Shown: positions 24,001 through 35,941 of the stretch, one piece after another
Position numbering within the stretch: position 1 is the stretch's first letter
How the letters are laid out: every line of letters starts with the position of its first letter
NCBI GenBank assembly: GCA_977017645.1
Contig: OZ360219.1
Coordinates: forward strand, 233,058,001 to 233,122,000
DNA from: Torpedo marmorata
Taxonomy: Eukaryota
Direction of reading: 5' to 3'
DNA length: 64,000 bases
The notes under the pieces: generated by a model
What the model saw: the letters and a program-made list of their open reading frames with translations, nothing else
Database searches by the model: none
Told to the model about the DNA's origin: nothing
Position numbers and translations under genes: made by a program

Positions 24001-25705
24001 CAAAGTATATCTCCATGTGGACGATTTATTGTTATTTATTTCAAACCCTGAAGTTTCTATACCAAATATATTAACCCTATTTACTCAATTTAGTCAATTT
24101 TCAGGGTATAAATTAAACTTACAAAAGAGTGAACTATTGCCCTTAAAAGGACCTTTTATTGGTTATTCTAATTTTCCGTTTAAAATAGTGAACAATCAAT
24201 TCCAACACTTAGGAATAACAATTACAAAAAAACCATAAAAATTTACTGAAAGAAAATTTTTGGGTATTAGTTAATAAGGTTAAATTACAATTAACGGGTT
24301 GGTCACCCTTATCAATTACAATGATGGGCCGTATTAATTCGATTAAAATAAATATTTTGCCTAAATATTTATATATTTTCCAATCTTTACCAATTTTTAT
24401 TCCTAAAACTTTTTTTATTTCATTGGATTCGATTCTTTCTTCATATATATGGCAGGGAAAACATACACGTATAAATAAATCACATCTTCAAAAAATTAAA
24501 AGGAATGGAGGATTATCATTTCCATATTTTAGATTTTATTATTGGGTGATTAATATTCGTAATTTGCTTTTGTTATTGCATTTTGATAAGTTACAGAATC
24601 GCCCATCCTGGGTGGAAATGGAATTGAAGTTTTCAAAAAAAACATCTATGTTAGCAATTTTAGGATCCTTTTTACCATTTTCATTTGTTAAAATAACTCA
24701 TAATCCGGTATTGAGATATAGGTTGAGAATATGGGCTCAGTTTAGAATTTTTTTTTAATTTAATATTTTCTCTCTGGCTGGTCCTATTATAGATAATCAC
24801 CTTTTCCAGCCGTCTGTGATGGATGTAGGATTTAAGGAATGGTATAGATTGGGAATTCATAGTTTTAATGATCTTTTTATTCGAGATAGTTTTGCCACTT
24901 TTGAACAATTGGTCAATAAATTTAATCTTACTAACAGATATTTTTTTAGATACTTACAAATTAGACATTTTGTTCAGTTTAAGAGATCAGATTTTCCTCG
25001 AATTTTAAGTTCAAATTTTCTCAATTTACTTTTTAATATATGGTTCTTATCCCAACGTGGATTAACATCATGTATATATAATAATTTATTGGAAATCAGA
25101 GTAGATTCTATGACGGGGATCAAGAATGAATGGGAACGAGATTTTAATGTTCCATTTTCAGATCAAGATTGGTACAATGCTCTTGATCTAATTAACGCCT
25201 CATCTTTTTGTGCTGGACACTGTTTATTTCATTTAAAGTGGTGCATAGAATTCATATGCCTAAACTTAAACTATCACGTTTTTACTCTGACATACATCCA
25301 TTGTGTGAGAGATGTAAAAGTTTTGAAGCTTCACTGATACATATGTTTTGAGAATGCCCCAATTTGGAGAGATTTTGGAAGGATATTTTTAAATCTTTAT
25401 CATTGATTTTTAAGATTAATATTGAACCATGTCCTATAATTGCTCTGTTTGGTTTTTTACGTGAACTTAACATACCTTTTTCTGCATCACGGGAAAAAGT
25501 TTTAGCTTTTTCCACGTTGATTACCAGACGGGCAATTTTATTGAAATGGAAAGATGAGTTATCACCGACACAGAGACAGTGATTACTAGATGTAATGTCA
25601 TTTCTGAGTTTGGAGAAAATTAGATATAATATTAAAGATAGAAAGGTTCAATTTTTAAAGATCTGGGGGCCATTCATTGAATACTATCATGATTGGAAGA
25701 ATTAA
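21055..25705 (+). pseudogene. L1 ORF2 (APE endonuclease plus RT), heavily disrupted and split by an insertion at 22693-23558
   Basis: Collinear fragments 21031-22487 and 23559-25705 with multiple stops and frameshifts. Confidence 0.92.
22693..23558 (-). mobile_element. CpG-rich non-autonomous retroposon with Rex1-type 3' tail
   Basis: TSD TATTAACA/TATTAGCA (22685-22692, 23559-23566; empty site seen in the paralog at 46001-46025). Minus-strand tail GACAATAAAT(TGAATCT)n; head AAAAGATGGCCGC. Confidence 0.82.
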
Positions 25706-26375
25706 CAAAACTGACTGTCCTGGGGACTCTTTGTCCAATGCTTGGAGGTCGGTACAGGATCCATTTCCTTTTTTACAATATCAAGGTAACCTTGCTTAGA
25801 GGGAGGGGTTAGAATAGATTAGTTATTAGTGTTTTTTTTTGTCTTTCTTTTTATTTTATTTTCAAGTGATTTTTTTTAAGGTAATTATAAGGAACGAGAG
25901 TTTTAACCTATATTAAGAATTTAGTTACGACAATTTACTTAGTTTTTTTTTACATACATTTATGAATACCAGCTGATTTTTTGAATGTTTTTCTTAATTT
26001 TGTTACTCTGTTTTCATGTTTATTATTGAAACTCAATAAAAATATTTTAAAAAGGATAATAGAATAATAGTAACGGCGGTACGTTAAGTAATTGCGCTGA
26101 TTTCAGATTCGCACAAAACAAAGACACACTCCAACTGGAAGGGTCTCTGGACAGGGGGTGGTGTCTGGACGGGGGCGGGGGGCTTTAACAACTTCCCGCA
26201 GCTCGGCCAATCTGCCCCGGCTTGAAACTGTGGCCAGAGCCGGACCGGTGGCTCCTTTCACGCCGTGTTTACCACAGCTCCACATGCTGCGCATGAAAAG
26301 GTTTGAACGGATGCTCGCCGCTTCGGGGGGGCTAACATTTGTGCGAACACTGATCTTTCTGACTGGAAGGCACTT

Positions 26376-26541
26376 TCCACTACTGAGCCCTCGAGGACTG
26401 GGTCGTGTTCCCCTGACTCCCTCCTGAAGTCCACAATCCACAATCATCTCCTTGGTTTTGCTAACGTTGAGCGCAAGGTTGTTGTTGTGACACAACTCAA
26501 AGAGCTGCTCTATCTCCCTCCTGTACGCTTCATCATTGCCA
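26376..26541 (-). mobile_element. Rex1-type LINE internal fragment
   Basis: Paralog of 11819-11980 (EAYRREI..NNNLALNVSKTKEMIVD). Confidence 0.85.
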
Positions 26542-26825
26542 TAGGCTAATGCACGTTGGTTAGATTCATCCTTCAAATTGTGCATTTTAACAACAGTTAA
26601 TTTTTTAAAAAATATTCGCAAAGCATTTTCAGAGCAACTGATTCAATTTAGCTTTAAGGAAGCATAGTAAGTTCAAGTTCAAGTTTATTATCATCCAATT
26701 GTAACAGTGCAACCCGACAAAACAGTGTTTTCTGGCCAATGGTGCAAAAACAGTGTAAACACACATGCAGACAAATTATACATATACTGTACACAGAAGC
26801 TATATACATATCTTATATACATATA

Positions 26826-27564
26826 CAGCCATGCATCAACTTGTGTCCGGGTTACGTTCTATAATTTCTACAAATCGATTTGGGCGTAAGTCGATTATTA
26901 TAGGTGAAATATACTGTACCACATAAGATACAACATAAGTGGTTACTGTTGAGTGAGACCATCCCAAGTCACGCGCTATAACATTTACAGTTTTACCACT
27001 TTCATATTGCTTTATTACCTTTAGCTTCTCTTCCAAATTGATGGCACGCCTTTTCTTCTTTGATTCTGCCAGAGGCTTGCTTTGTGGGCGTTTAGGGGCC
27101 ATGATAAAATTCAGATAATATTTAGCCAACGAGATAACACGCAAAAAAGAGACCGCACGGTACGTGATTTGATGCCGGATGTTGGTGTCTCGTATGCTAT
27201 CGAGACTAGAAAAATGTTATACAGTACAGTGTGCTTTTTTCGTAGTAAATAGAGAGAGTACACATTATGCAATAACACAATAACAATAAAAAGTACATAC
27301 GTATATTATAGATTTCTATTACATATATGTACTGTACTATAAGTTAGATATATACTGTGTACCATTATATGGCTGGCAGCGCAAGCGCTTTGTTTTGGCT
27401 TTTGAGCCACATGTCGAATGCGTGATGCATGACTTAACGTCCGCTAACGCCCGCCAACGTCGGTCCCGGCGTAAATTTTAAAATTTTTATTAAGGCCTTA
27501 TGGTGACCTCGGAAGTATCTACGATCGGATGTTACTCGATTGGGTGTAAGCGGAGGTATGGCTG
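26826..27564 (-). mobile_element. Tigger/pogo deletion derivative retaining the CENP-B-type HTH start of the transposase
   Basis: TIRs CAGCCATGCATCAACTT / AAGCGGAGGTATGGCTG with TA TSD; minus-strand MAPKRP...KKKRRAINLEEKLKVIKQYESG...IARDLGWSHSTVTT. Confidence 0.88.
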
Positions 27565-27670
27565 TATTAAAAATAAATATTATTAATAAATAGTAGAGTC
27601 ACACGGAGTTGTTTTAGCAGTTCAGCAGTCATTCACCAGTCCTACTGCCCATGATAAGAAGCTGTTCCTC

Positions 27671-29724
27671 CACCAGCATTATTTATTTTGGTGATAGAAC
27701 CTTTGGCAGAATTAGTTAGAAAAGATCCTAAAATAGTTGGTATTAAAGTTGGAATGGAAGAACATAAAATTAGTTTATTTGCAGATGATGTATTGATATA
27801 TATGACAAAATCTACTACATCCTTAGTACAATTGTCTGTGTTATTGAGAGAATATGGGGAAATATCTGGATATAAAATTAATTCAGATAAAAGTGAAATT
27901 ATGGCATTATCACAAGGGGATTATAGTAGATGTAAAGAAATTACACAATTTAAATGGGCAAAGGAAGGAATTAAATATTTGGGAATAAGGGTTGACACAA
28001 AATTGGCTAATTTATACAAATTAAATTATTTACCATTATTTGTGAAAATAAAGAAAGATTTAGAAAATTGGAAAGATTTACCTATAACTTTAATGGGAAG
28101 AGTAAATTGTATTAAAATGAATATTTTTCCAAGAATTCAATATCTTTTTCAATCAATTCCTTATGAAATTCCTCAAATTTTTTTTAAAGATTTAAATTCA
28201 ATTATTAGAAATTTTTTATGGAAAGGAAAGTTAGCAAGAGTAGGTATGGAAAAATTAACTTGGAATTATGAAATGGGTGGTTTACAACTTCCTAATTTCC
28301 ACAATTATTATAAAGCAACTCAACTAAAATTTGTTAATGAATTTTTTGATTCAACTAAATCTTCTGCTTGGATTAAAATAGAATTAAATAATATAGGAGA
28401 AGATTCCAAAGAAGAAGTTATTTATAAATGGGATTCTAAATTAAAATCAACAAGAAAGAAAAATTCGCCTATTTTTAAACATTTGTTAGAAATATGGAAT
28501 AAGACGGATAAGGAAATAGGAGGAAAAGGATTGATTTCTTCAAGGATGCCTTTATATCAAAATGGACTTATTCCATTTACTATTAATAATCAATTATTTA
28601 AAATTTGGTTTCAAAAAGGAATTAAGAAGATTAATGATTGTTTTGAAGCTGGGAAATTTATTACTTTTCAAAGAATGAAAGATAAATTTAATATATTAGA
28701 TAATACACTTTTTGCTTATTATCAAATTAGAGCTTTTCTGATTGAGAAATTAGGTTATGCTTTGATTTTACCAAGACAAAATGAATTAGAATTATTAGTT
28801 ACTAAAGGAGATGTCAATAAATTTATTTCTCAAATGTATAAATTGTTTCAGAGGAAAATACTTGAAGTAGGAATTCATAAATCAAGATTAAAATGGGAAT
28901 TAGGTTTGAATGTAAGAATAGATGAAAATCATTGCAAAGAATTATGTAAATTAAGTATGACGAAGATTATTAATGTTAGATATAGATTAGTACAATACAA
29001 TTTTTTTCATCAATTATATTTAACACCTAAAAAACTAAAGAAATTTAATCCGACATTATCAGGTTTATGTTTTAGATGTAATAAAGAGGAAGGGTCTTTT
29101 GTACATTCTACATGGTTTTGTCCAAAAGTTTATGATTTTTGGTTGAAAGTTAAAAAAAATTTAGATAAAGTATTTAAGATTACATTTTGTTTGGAGATAT
29201 CAGAAAATTTAGTATTAAGATGAAATTAAATATGTATCAAATAGAATTTTTGTGAATTGCTTTAGCTGTTTCAAAGAAATGTATTGCTATTACTTGGAAA
29301 TCTGATTTAGATTTAGGATTAGAAAGATGGCATGTAGAACTTCGTTCGTGTATACCACTTGAAAAAATTACTTATAATTTACGTAACAAATATCATTTTT
29401 TCTTAAAATTTGGAGCCCATATATGAAAGTTGTTGGTTTAAGGATTTGAAGATCTCTGGATATCGGATCTACTGGCATACTTGACCTCCATAATAGAATT
29501 AGTTTATAGATTGGCATTCTCCTTACTCTATCTTTTTCTTTCTTTTTTCTTCTTCTTTTTCTATTTTTATTTTATATTTTTATTTTTATTAGATTAGTGG
29601 GGTTGGGAGGGTTGGGGAGGGGAGGGGGGGTGAAAATGTATCACAAATACTTTGATAATTTTATATTTTATTTTATGTATTTTGTGATTTAAAAATTTTA
29701 AATAAAATATTTAAAAAAAAAAAA
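27671..29724 (+). mobile_element. 5'-truncated L1 (lineage A)
   Basis: ORF 27688..29223 is closely similar to 13..2555; poly(A) tail; TSD AAGCTGTTCCTC (27659-27670, 29725-29736). Confidence 0.96.
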
Positions 29725-30115
29725 AAGCTGTTCCTCAGCCTGGTGCATCTGGCTCTAATACTTCTGTATCTCTTTCCCAACGGGAGTAGCTGGAAGAAGC
29801 TGTGTGCAGGGTGGTAGGGATCCTTGCCATCTTACTTACACCAGTGACATATTCCCATGACATTATTATCAGAGGGACAAATGACTTTTGTTGGTTGTGG
29901 AATATCAAATGTTAAAGTTTTTTCTGGTAGTGTTTGGGCCTTAGCTGAATGCAGTACAGTTAGTGGGACAGAAAAGTATACCCTCCAGCCAGACTAAGCC
30001 AGTCTCTGTCACCATTAAACCTGATCATCAGCATCAGAACAACATGCCAGCAGGAAGGGCATTTTCAGGATTTTCCCATTCTGGGCCTAGGTCATTTTAA
30101 TGTAATGGTTACATT

Positions 30116-30316
30116 TAGGGTGGCCATTTCCAAATTTCCAAAAAGGAGGACATGGTCATAGGTTACCATATATATACAGTGTGTTTCAAAGAAAATTATA
30201 TTTTTTTAAATAAAATTTAAACCGTATTGCAAAAACAACAATTGAAAACACACTATATATATATATATATATATGGTAACCTAAGACCATGTCCTCCTTT
30301 TGGAATGACCACCCTA
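30116..30316. mobile_element. Palindromic MITE with hAT-like termini
   Basis: TAGGGTGGCCA...TGACCACCCTA ends and long internal inverted arms (CCAAAAAGGAGGACATGGTCATAGGTTACCATATATA / TATATATGGTAACCTAAGACCATGTCCTCCTTTTGG); no 8-bp TSD seen. Confidence 0.7.
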
Positions 30317-30743
30317 CTGAACTAACAATTAAGAAGACCAAAATAAAAGCCTAGAGTATGTAAATAGGTGGTTTGAGGAAATTTGATTACAGTTAAAAAT
30401 GAATGAACAAGCTGGTCACAGTAAAAGTGAGCATGGTACCTGATATGATTGATGCACTGTAGGAAAGCAAAGCTCTCACCACTAGTCAATCTGGCCTACT
30501 TGTGAATTCATTTCCACATTTACTTGCTGAACTGACTGAAAATAATACAAAGGGTCATGCAGCTGGAGAAGAACGTGCAGTTTCACCTTCACCAGTCAAT
30601 GAAGGATAGGCAATAAATGCCTTGACAACAGAGTTGGAAATCAGCTGGGATATTTTGTTCAGGTTCAGAATCATGACACCAATCCCTTACTTTATCTATT
30701 TCTATTGAAAGACTCTTAAAAGATGATCGAGTACTTACTTAAT

Positions 30744-30917
30744 ACACAAAAGTGCTGGAGAAACTCAGCAGGTCCTGCAGTGCCCACAGTAGGCAAAGAT
30801 ATATAACCAATGTTTTGGGCCTCAGCCCTTCATCCAGGTATGAAACCCTGCTGAGTTTCTCCAGCATGTTTGTGCATTAAATACAATCACAGCATCTGCA
30901 GACTTTCTTGCTTCACT
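30744..30917. mobile_element. Short Penelope-derived hairpin insertion
   Basis: Inverted arms TGCTGGAGAAACTCAGCAGG / CCTGCTGAGTTTCTCCAGCA matching Penelope termini; imperfect 15-bp TSD (30729-30743, 30918-30932). Confidence 0.78.
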
Positions 30918-31229
30918 GAGTATTTAATTAATTTCATTTTAGTTCGTTTTCATGGACTTATTTAGTATCAATATAGCAAAGTCACACTCCTGCACATGCT
31001 ATGTGCTCTAAGGGTGACTGCGGTTTTATGCAACTGAGAGTGGTGCCAGTGTGGTGTGGTGAAAAGGATCGTGAAGATACACAAGCTGACATTAGAATGA
31101 GATTTCTGGCCTATGACTCCATAAAAAATATGCACAATAGGAATATTTTGCTCTCTTAGAATGTAGCTTGTATACAATTGTTTATTGTCATGTGTACTGA
31201 GACACAGTCACAAACTCGAACAAGTACCT

Positions 31230-32076
31230 GGATTATAATTTGTCACCTGGATGAAGAAATAGAGGGATGGGTTAGTAAGTTTGCAGATGATACGAAGGTT
31301 GGTGTTGGTGTTGAAGGCTGTCATAGGTAACAACAGGATATAGACAGGATGCAGAGTTGGGCAGAAACGTGGAAGGTGGAGTTCAATCCAGATAATTGTG
31401 AGGTGAAGCATTTTGGTAGGTCAAACTTGAAGGCAGAGTATATGGTTAATGATAGAATACTTAACAGTGTGGAAGAACAGAGGGACCTTGGGGTCCAAAT
31501 CCATAGATCGCTTAAGGTTGCCGCGCTCATTGATAGGACAGTTAAGAAGGCCTAGGTTATGCTGGGCATCATTAATCGGGGGATTAAGTTCAGGAGTTGA
31601 GAGGTAATATTGCAGCTCTATAAATCTCTGGTGAGACCGCAGAATATTGTGTTCAGTTCTGGTCACCTCATTTCAGGAAAGATGTGGAAGCTATGGAGAG
31701 GGTGCAGAGGAGATTTACCATGATGTTGCCTGGATTGGAAAATATGTCTTATGAGGCAATGTTAGTAGAGCTAGAGCTTTTCTCTTTGGAGCGAAGAAGG
31801 GTGACAGGTTACTTTATAGAGGTCTACAAGATTATGAGAGGCATAGATAGGGTAAACTGTCAGCACCTTTTTCCCAGGGCCAGAGTAGCAAACACAAGAG
31901 GACATCTGTACAAAGTGAAGGGGTGATATCAGGGGTAAGATTTTTACACAGGGAGTTGTGGGTGCCAGGCATGGTGGTGGAGGCTGGAACCATGGGGGCA
32001 TTTAAGAGACTCTTAGACAGGTACATGGATGAAAGAAAAATAGAGGTTTATGAGGTAGGGAGAGTTTAGTTTTTTT

Positions 32077-32109
<33 letters not shown>

Positions 32110-32178
32110 CTGTGTCAGCAAAACATCGTGGGCCAAATGGGTAAAACTGTGCTGTAATGTTATATGTTCTATGTTCTA
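31230..32178 (+). mobile_element. CR1 LINE 3' fragment
   Basis: KFADDTK, WAETWKVEFN, MERVQRRFT; tail ATGTTCTATGTTCT; (TA)n at 32079-32106. Confidence 0.9.
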
Positions 32179-32969
32179 AAAAGAGACAGAAAAATGGAAG
32201 GAGTTATCACATGGTGACTCATCCCTGAGTTCAGTGCAGAACTGAAAGAATCCAACTGTTTCTTTTTCACACTTTGGAATCAAAATATTAAAAATTTATG
32301 AAATCTTAAGGCTGACATTCATGCACAGTGCCAACATATGCAGGGTCAAGGGTGGACACTTGACTTAAGCAGTGTCAAAGATGCTACACCACTGGATTCA
32401 CTGAATGGATGCAAATATACAGTACAAGTTGACCGCTCAGGAGGCTTCAGAGAAACTTATATGGCTCAGAAGATGATGTGAGGAACTCAAAACCATGGCC
32501 ATTGCATTTGGTTTGGATTTTTGTTTTTGTTTATGTTTAATTATTCTAGATCATGGATGAAGTGTTTCACTCAAGTGTATTTTTGCGTATTTATTTGATG
32601 TCATTAGCTACTGTATATAAAACAAAAGTCATCCATTGATTATGCTTTGGGATGTTCCAGGAACATGAAAAGATGCAAATGTAAATTTGTTTTCTCACCT
32701 AGCCTGCTGTGAGCATTTCAATAATTTTCGAGGTTCTTCTAATGTGCTTGAGTCTTGCATAAGACTCACTGTGACCAAGAGTTTCAAGTTAACACAACTG
32801 TTTATTTAGGAAATCAGATCAGAACTTTACATATTATATTATGTAACCATGGCCATATGTGGACAACAGCAGTATTTCACCAATCTTTAAGTTGAAATTC
32901 CATTTGAAATATATACCACAAATATGAATACAGTATGTACATCCTGGTCAATTACTATTAATTGTGGAC

Positions 32970-34190
32970 TAATTGTGGAAAGTATACTGAGTGGTTGTAT
33001 CACAGCCTGGTTTGGAAATTCAAGTGCTAAAGAATGCAGAAAGCTGCAGAAAGTGGGAATCTTAGCCAAGTTCATCATGGGCACTGAAGTCCAACACTTC
33101 TAGGTTTAAGAACAGTACTTTTTTTCCACCAGAAACCCTGGCAAATTTCTACAGATGTGTGGTGGAAAGTATGCTGACCGGCTGCATCATGGTCTGGTAT
33201 GGGGACACCTATACCCCTGAGCTTAAAGCCCTCCAAAAGGTAGTGGACACAGCCCAGGACATTACTGGCAAAACCCTCCCCACTACAGGGAACGCTGCTC
33301 TCGGAGGGCAGCAGCAATTATCAAAGACCCACACCACCCAGCGCACGCTCTGTTCTCGCTGCTGCCATCAGGAGAGAGGTATAGGTGCCACAAGACTCGC
33401 ACCACCAGGTTTAGGAACAGCTGCTACCCCTCTACCATCAGAATCCTCAACGACAAAGTCAAATCAGAGACTCATTTAAGGACTCTTACTCGTGCACTTT
33501 ATTGATTTTTCTTTGCTCTCTCTGTATTGCACAGTCAGTTTCATTTTCAGTTTCCTTCGTTACCTGTTAGTAGTTCTTTTGATTGTTTACATGTTTATGC
33601 TGTGTACAGTTTACTTTTGCACTACCAATTGGTGGTAATTCTGCTGCGCCCGCAGGAAAAAAGAATCTCAGGGTTAAATGTGACGTCATGTATGTACTCT
33701 GACAATAAATCTTAAATCTGAAATCAAAAGACATCTATGTGAAATACTGCCTCAACAAGGCAGCCGACATCACAAAGGACCCCCATCTACCTGGTCACAA
33801 CCTTTTCTCACTGCTACCTTCAGAATAAATATACAGAAGGCTGAAGTCCAACACTTCTAGGTTTAAGAACAGTACTTTTTTTCCAACAGAAGCTCTTGAA
33901 CCTCCCCTTACTATCCTAACCATAAACTACCCTGGGACCACAAAAAGACCTGTCAGCACTAAAGCTTCCATTTACTAAACATTTTTTCTTGCACGAACTG
34001 TAACTGTGAATACTTAGCATCTATCTATCTTTTATATTTATTATTTCTCTCCACACTGGGGTAATTTAATGTATATGATTATCGTTATTTTATTTTATAA
34101 AATGTACCAGTTTGGCTGCAGCAAGCAAGAATTTTGGTGCATATGTACATAGTACTTAAATGTATGACAATAAACTCATCATTATTATAA
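32970..34190 (+). mobile_element. Rex1-type 3' fragment (family A) interrupted by a second Rex1 copy
   Basis: VESILSGCITAWFG-like codons at 32974; resumes about 33723; ends GACAATAAACTCATCATT. Confidence 0.75.
33129..33724 (+). mobile_element. Rex1-type 3' fragment (family B)
   Basis: VESMLTGCIMVWYG, LQKVVDTAQDITG; tail GACAATAAATCTTAAATCTGAAATC. Confidence 0.85.
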
Positions 34191-34943
34191 TTAAGCAACA
34201 AAAGGTATGCTTTAATTTAACCCAATATATTGGACATTTCAATGCCCATATTCCATGCAGAAGAGCTTTGACACCGATATCTCTGGTCAAACATTAACCT
34301 TGCTGATTGCCATCTCTGGTCCTTTACTGTTCTCTCTCAGATTTAGTGGAAAATCCTCCACTTGCTAGTCATTGGCACTGGGCCAGCAAACTGCTTTGAT
34401 GACTGATGACAGATTAGCTCTGGGGAAAAAGTCTTGGAAGTTTTTTTTTGTACAAATGAATTACCCAACAGATGACGCATTTCCTGATCCCATTCCGTCT
34501 CACTATTGACTTTCCTGGTTTTGTAATGTGACAACTCTCAATTTACCTTCAAAACAGCCTTCAACTCACTGAATACTCTTGAAAGCAATGATCAAACATT
34601 GCCTATGGCTGAAGGCATATTCATAGAGTAAATAAGGAGAAGATGTTTCCTCTAGCATAAGACTCATTAGCCAGAGGACACAGATGGAACCTAGTCAGCA
34701 TAAATCTGGAGGGAGATGAGAAATTGCAGCTTGTTATATACTGGAATATACTGATTGGTCATTTTCCAGTGTGTTCTCTGAAATAAAATTCCAGAAAATA
34801 AAGTTAACAATAACTTTTTAAAAGTAATTAGATATATGTTTAGAAAATTTTACAGGTCTATGGACAAAGAGTTGGGGCTAATTTGAATAACTTTTCATGA
34901 AGGCTAAACAATATTGTCCACCAGTTCTATGCCAGGAAACATT

Positions 34944-35232
34944 GGGTCGGCACGGTTGGCATAGTGGTTAGCGTAACGCCTTTACAGCCCCAGCGATCGG
35001 GACCGGACCTGGGTTCCAATCCCGCGCTGTCTGTAAGGAGTTTGTACGTTCTCCCCGTGTCTGCATGGGTTTTCTCCGGGGGCTCCGGTTTCCACCCACC
35101 CTTCAAAAATGTACCAGGGTGTAGGTTAATGGGGTGTAAATTGGGCGGCACAGACTCGTAGGGCCAAATTGGCCTGTTACAGTGCTGGATGTCTAAATTT
35201 TTTTTTAAAATTAAAAATAAAATTTTAAAAAT
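34944..35232 (+). mobile_element. tRNA-derived V-SINE (HE1-like)
   Basis: A box TGGCATAGTGG, B box GGTTCCAATCC, V-domain GAGTTTGTACGTTCTCCCCGTGTCTGCATGGGTTTTCTCCGGG, CR1-like 3' end GGGCCAAATTGGCCTGTTAC, AT-rich tail. Confidence 0.92.
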
Positions 35233-35341
35233 CAACTGATATTCAAGGGGTTTGGAAGGATTCAGGAATTTTTGCATTAATAATGAACCCAGTCTTCTTT
35301 AAGGAGTTCACTCCAGTTCAGAGAATCCTCAAAATAAAGTA

Positions 35342-35578
35342 CAGGTAGTCCTCGACTTCCGACCTACGCGAGTTATGTCCACCCGCACATACAACCGAAT
35401 TTTTTTTTAAAACAAATATGCGTCTGTGCATTAAAGGTTCATTTGTTGAAAATGTTTTTGAAAAATTGCTTTAATACCTCGTTAAGACATGCGCGATAGG
35501 GTGAATCAGACTTACGACCAATCCGAGTTACGACCAATCCTTCGGTCCCAATTACGGTCTTAAGTCGAGGACTACCTG
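35342..35578. mobile_element. Tigger-type MITE (237 bp)
   Basis: TIRs CAGGTAGTCCTCGACTT / AAGTCGAGGACTACCTG with TA TSD. Confidence 0.93.
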
Positions 35579-35941
35579 TATATTTCCTGTGTTGAGGCAC
35601 AGAACATGGCAAAATATTTTTCTGAAACCTTTGTGAGTTTGGAAACCAGTACGCGTACTGACATATTGTCCCAACCTGGTCAGTTGGCCAGTTTTCCCCA
35701 GCATATAGGGTAAATTAGACTAATACTGTTGCTATGAAGGACAAGCCATTCAATGTATTCTTATAATAAAACAAGTAATTGAGGATTGGCCATTTTAGTG
35801 AGCAGAAACATAATCATTATCAGTCTCACCTTTTCTGTATCACATACATCACCATGTACTTGAGTGCACAATGTATCAGTATCTTTGCATTTTATGTTAA
35901 TGAAGATAATTACTCATCAAATAGAAGACCAGAACATGTAA

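Larger units (their letters stand above)
12271..26053 (+). mobile_element. Near full-length L1 (lineage B): putative 5'UTR 12271-12408, ORF1, 1.9-kb spacer, ORF2, 3'UTR; hosts the Gmr1 element and the GC-rich retroposon
   Basis: ORF1 18310..19155; ORF2 from 21055 (SWNIKGLN, QETH, GGDFN, SDH endonuclease; RT; C-terminus to 25705); AATAAA plus A-rich end 26035-26053. The 5' boundary is uncertain and no TSD was seen. Confidence 0.85.
26669..29830 (-). mobile_element. Rex1-type 3' fragment (26669-26825, 27565-27670, 29725-29830) interrupted by a Tigger element and an L1
   Basis: (AACTTG)n tail on the minus strand; 3'UTR matches that of 57860-60102. Confidence 0.72.

Noticed and set aside
11166-26545. 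GCCATA at both ends of the large Rex1 nest as a TSD
   Set aside because: Only 6 bp, not flush with the tail, and partly explained by Rex1 sequence.
34944-35030. tRNA gene
   Set aside because: A/B boxes lead into a V-domain and LINE-like tail; it is a SINE head.
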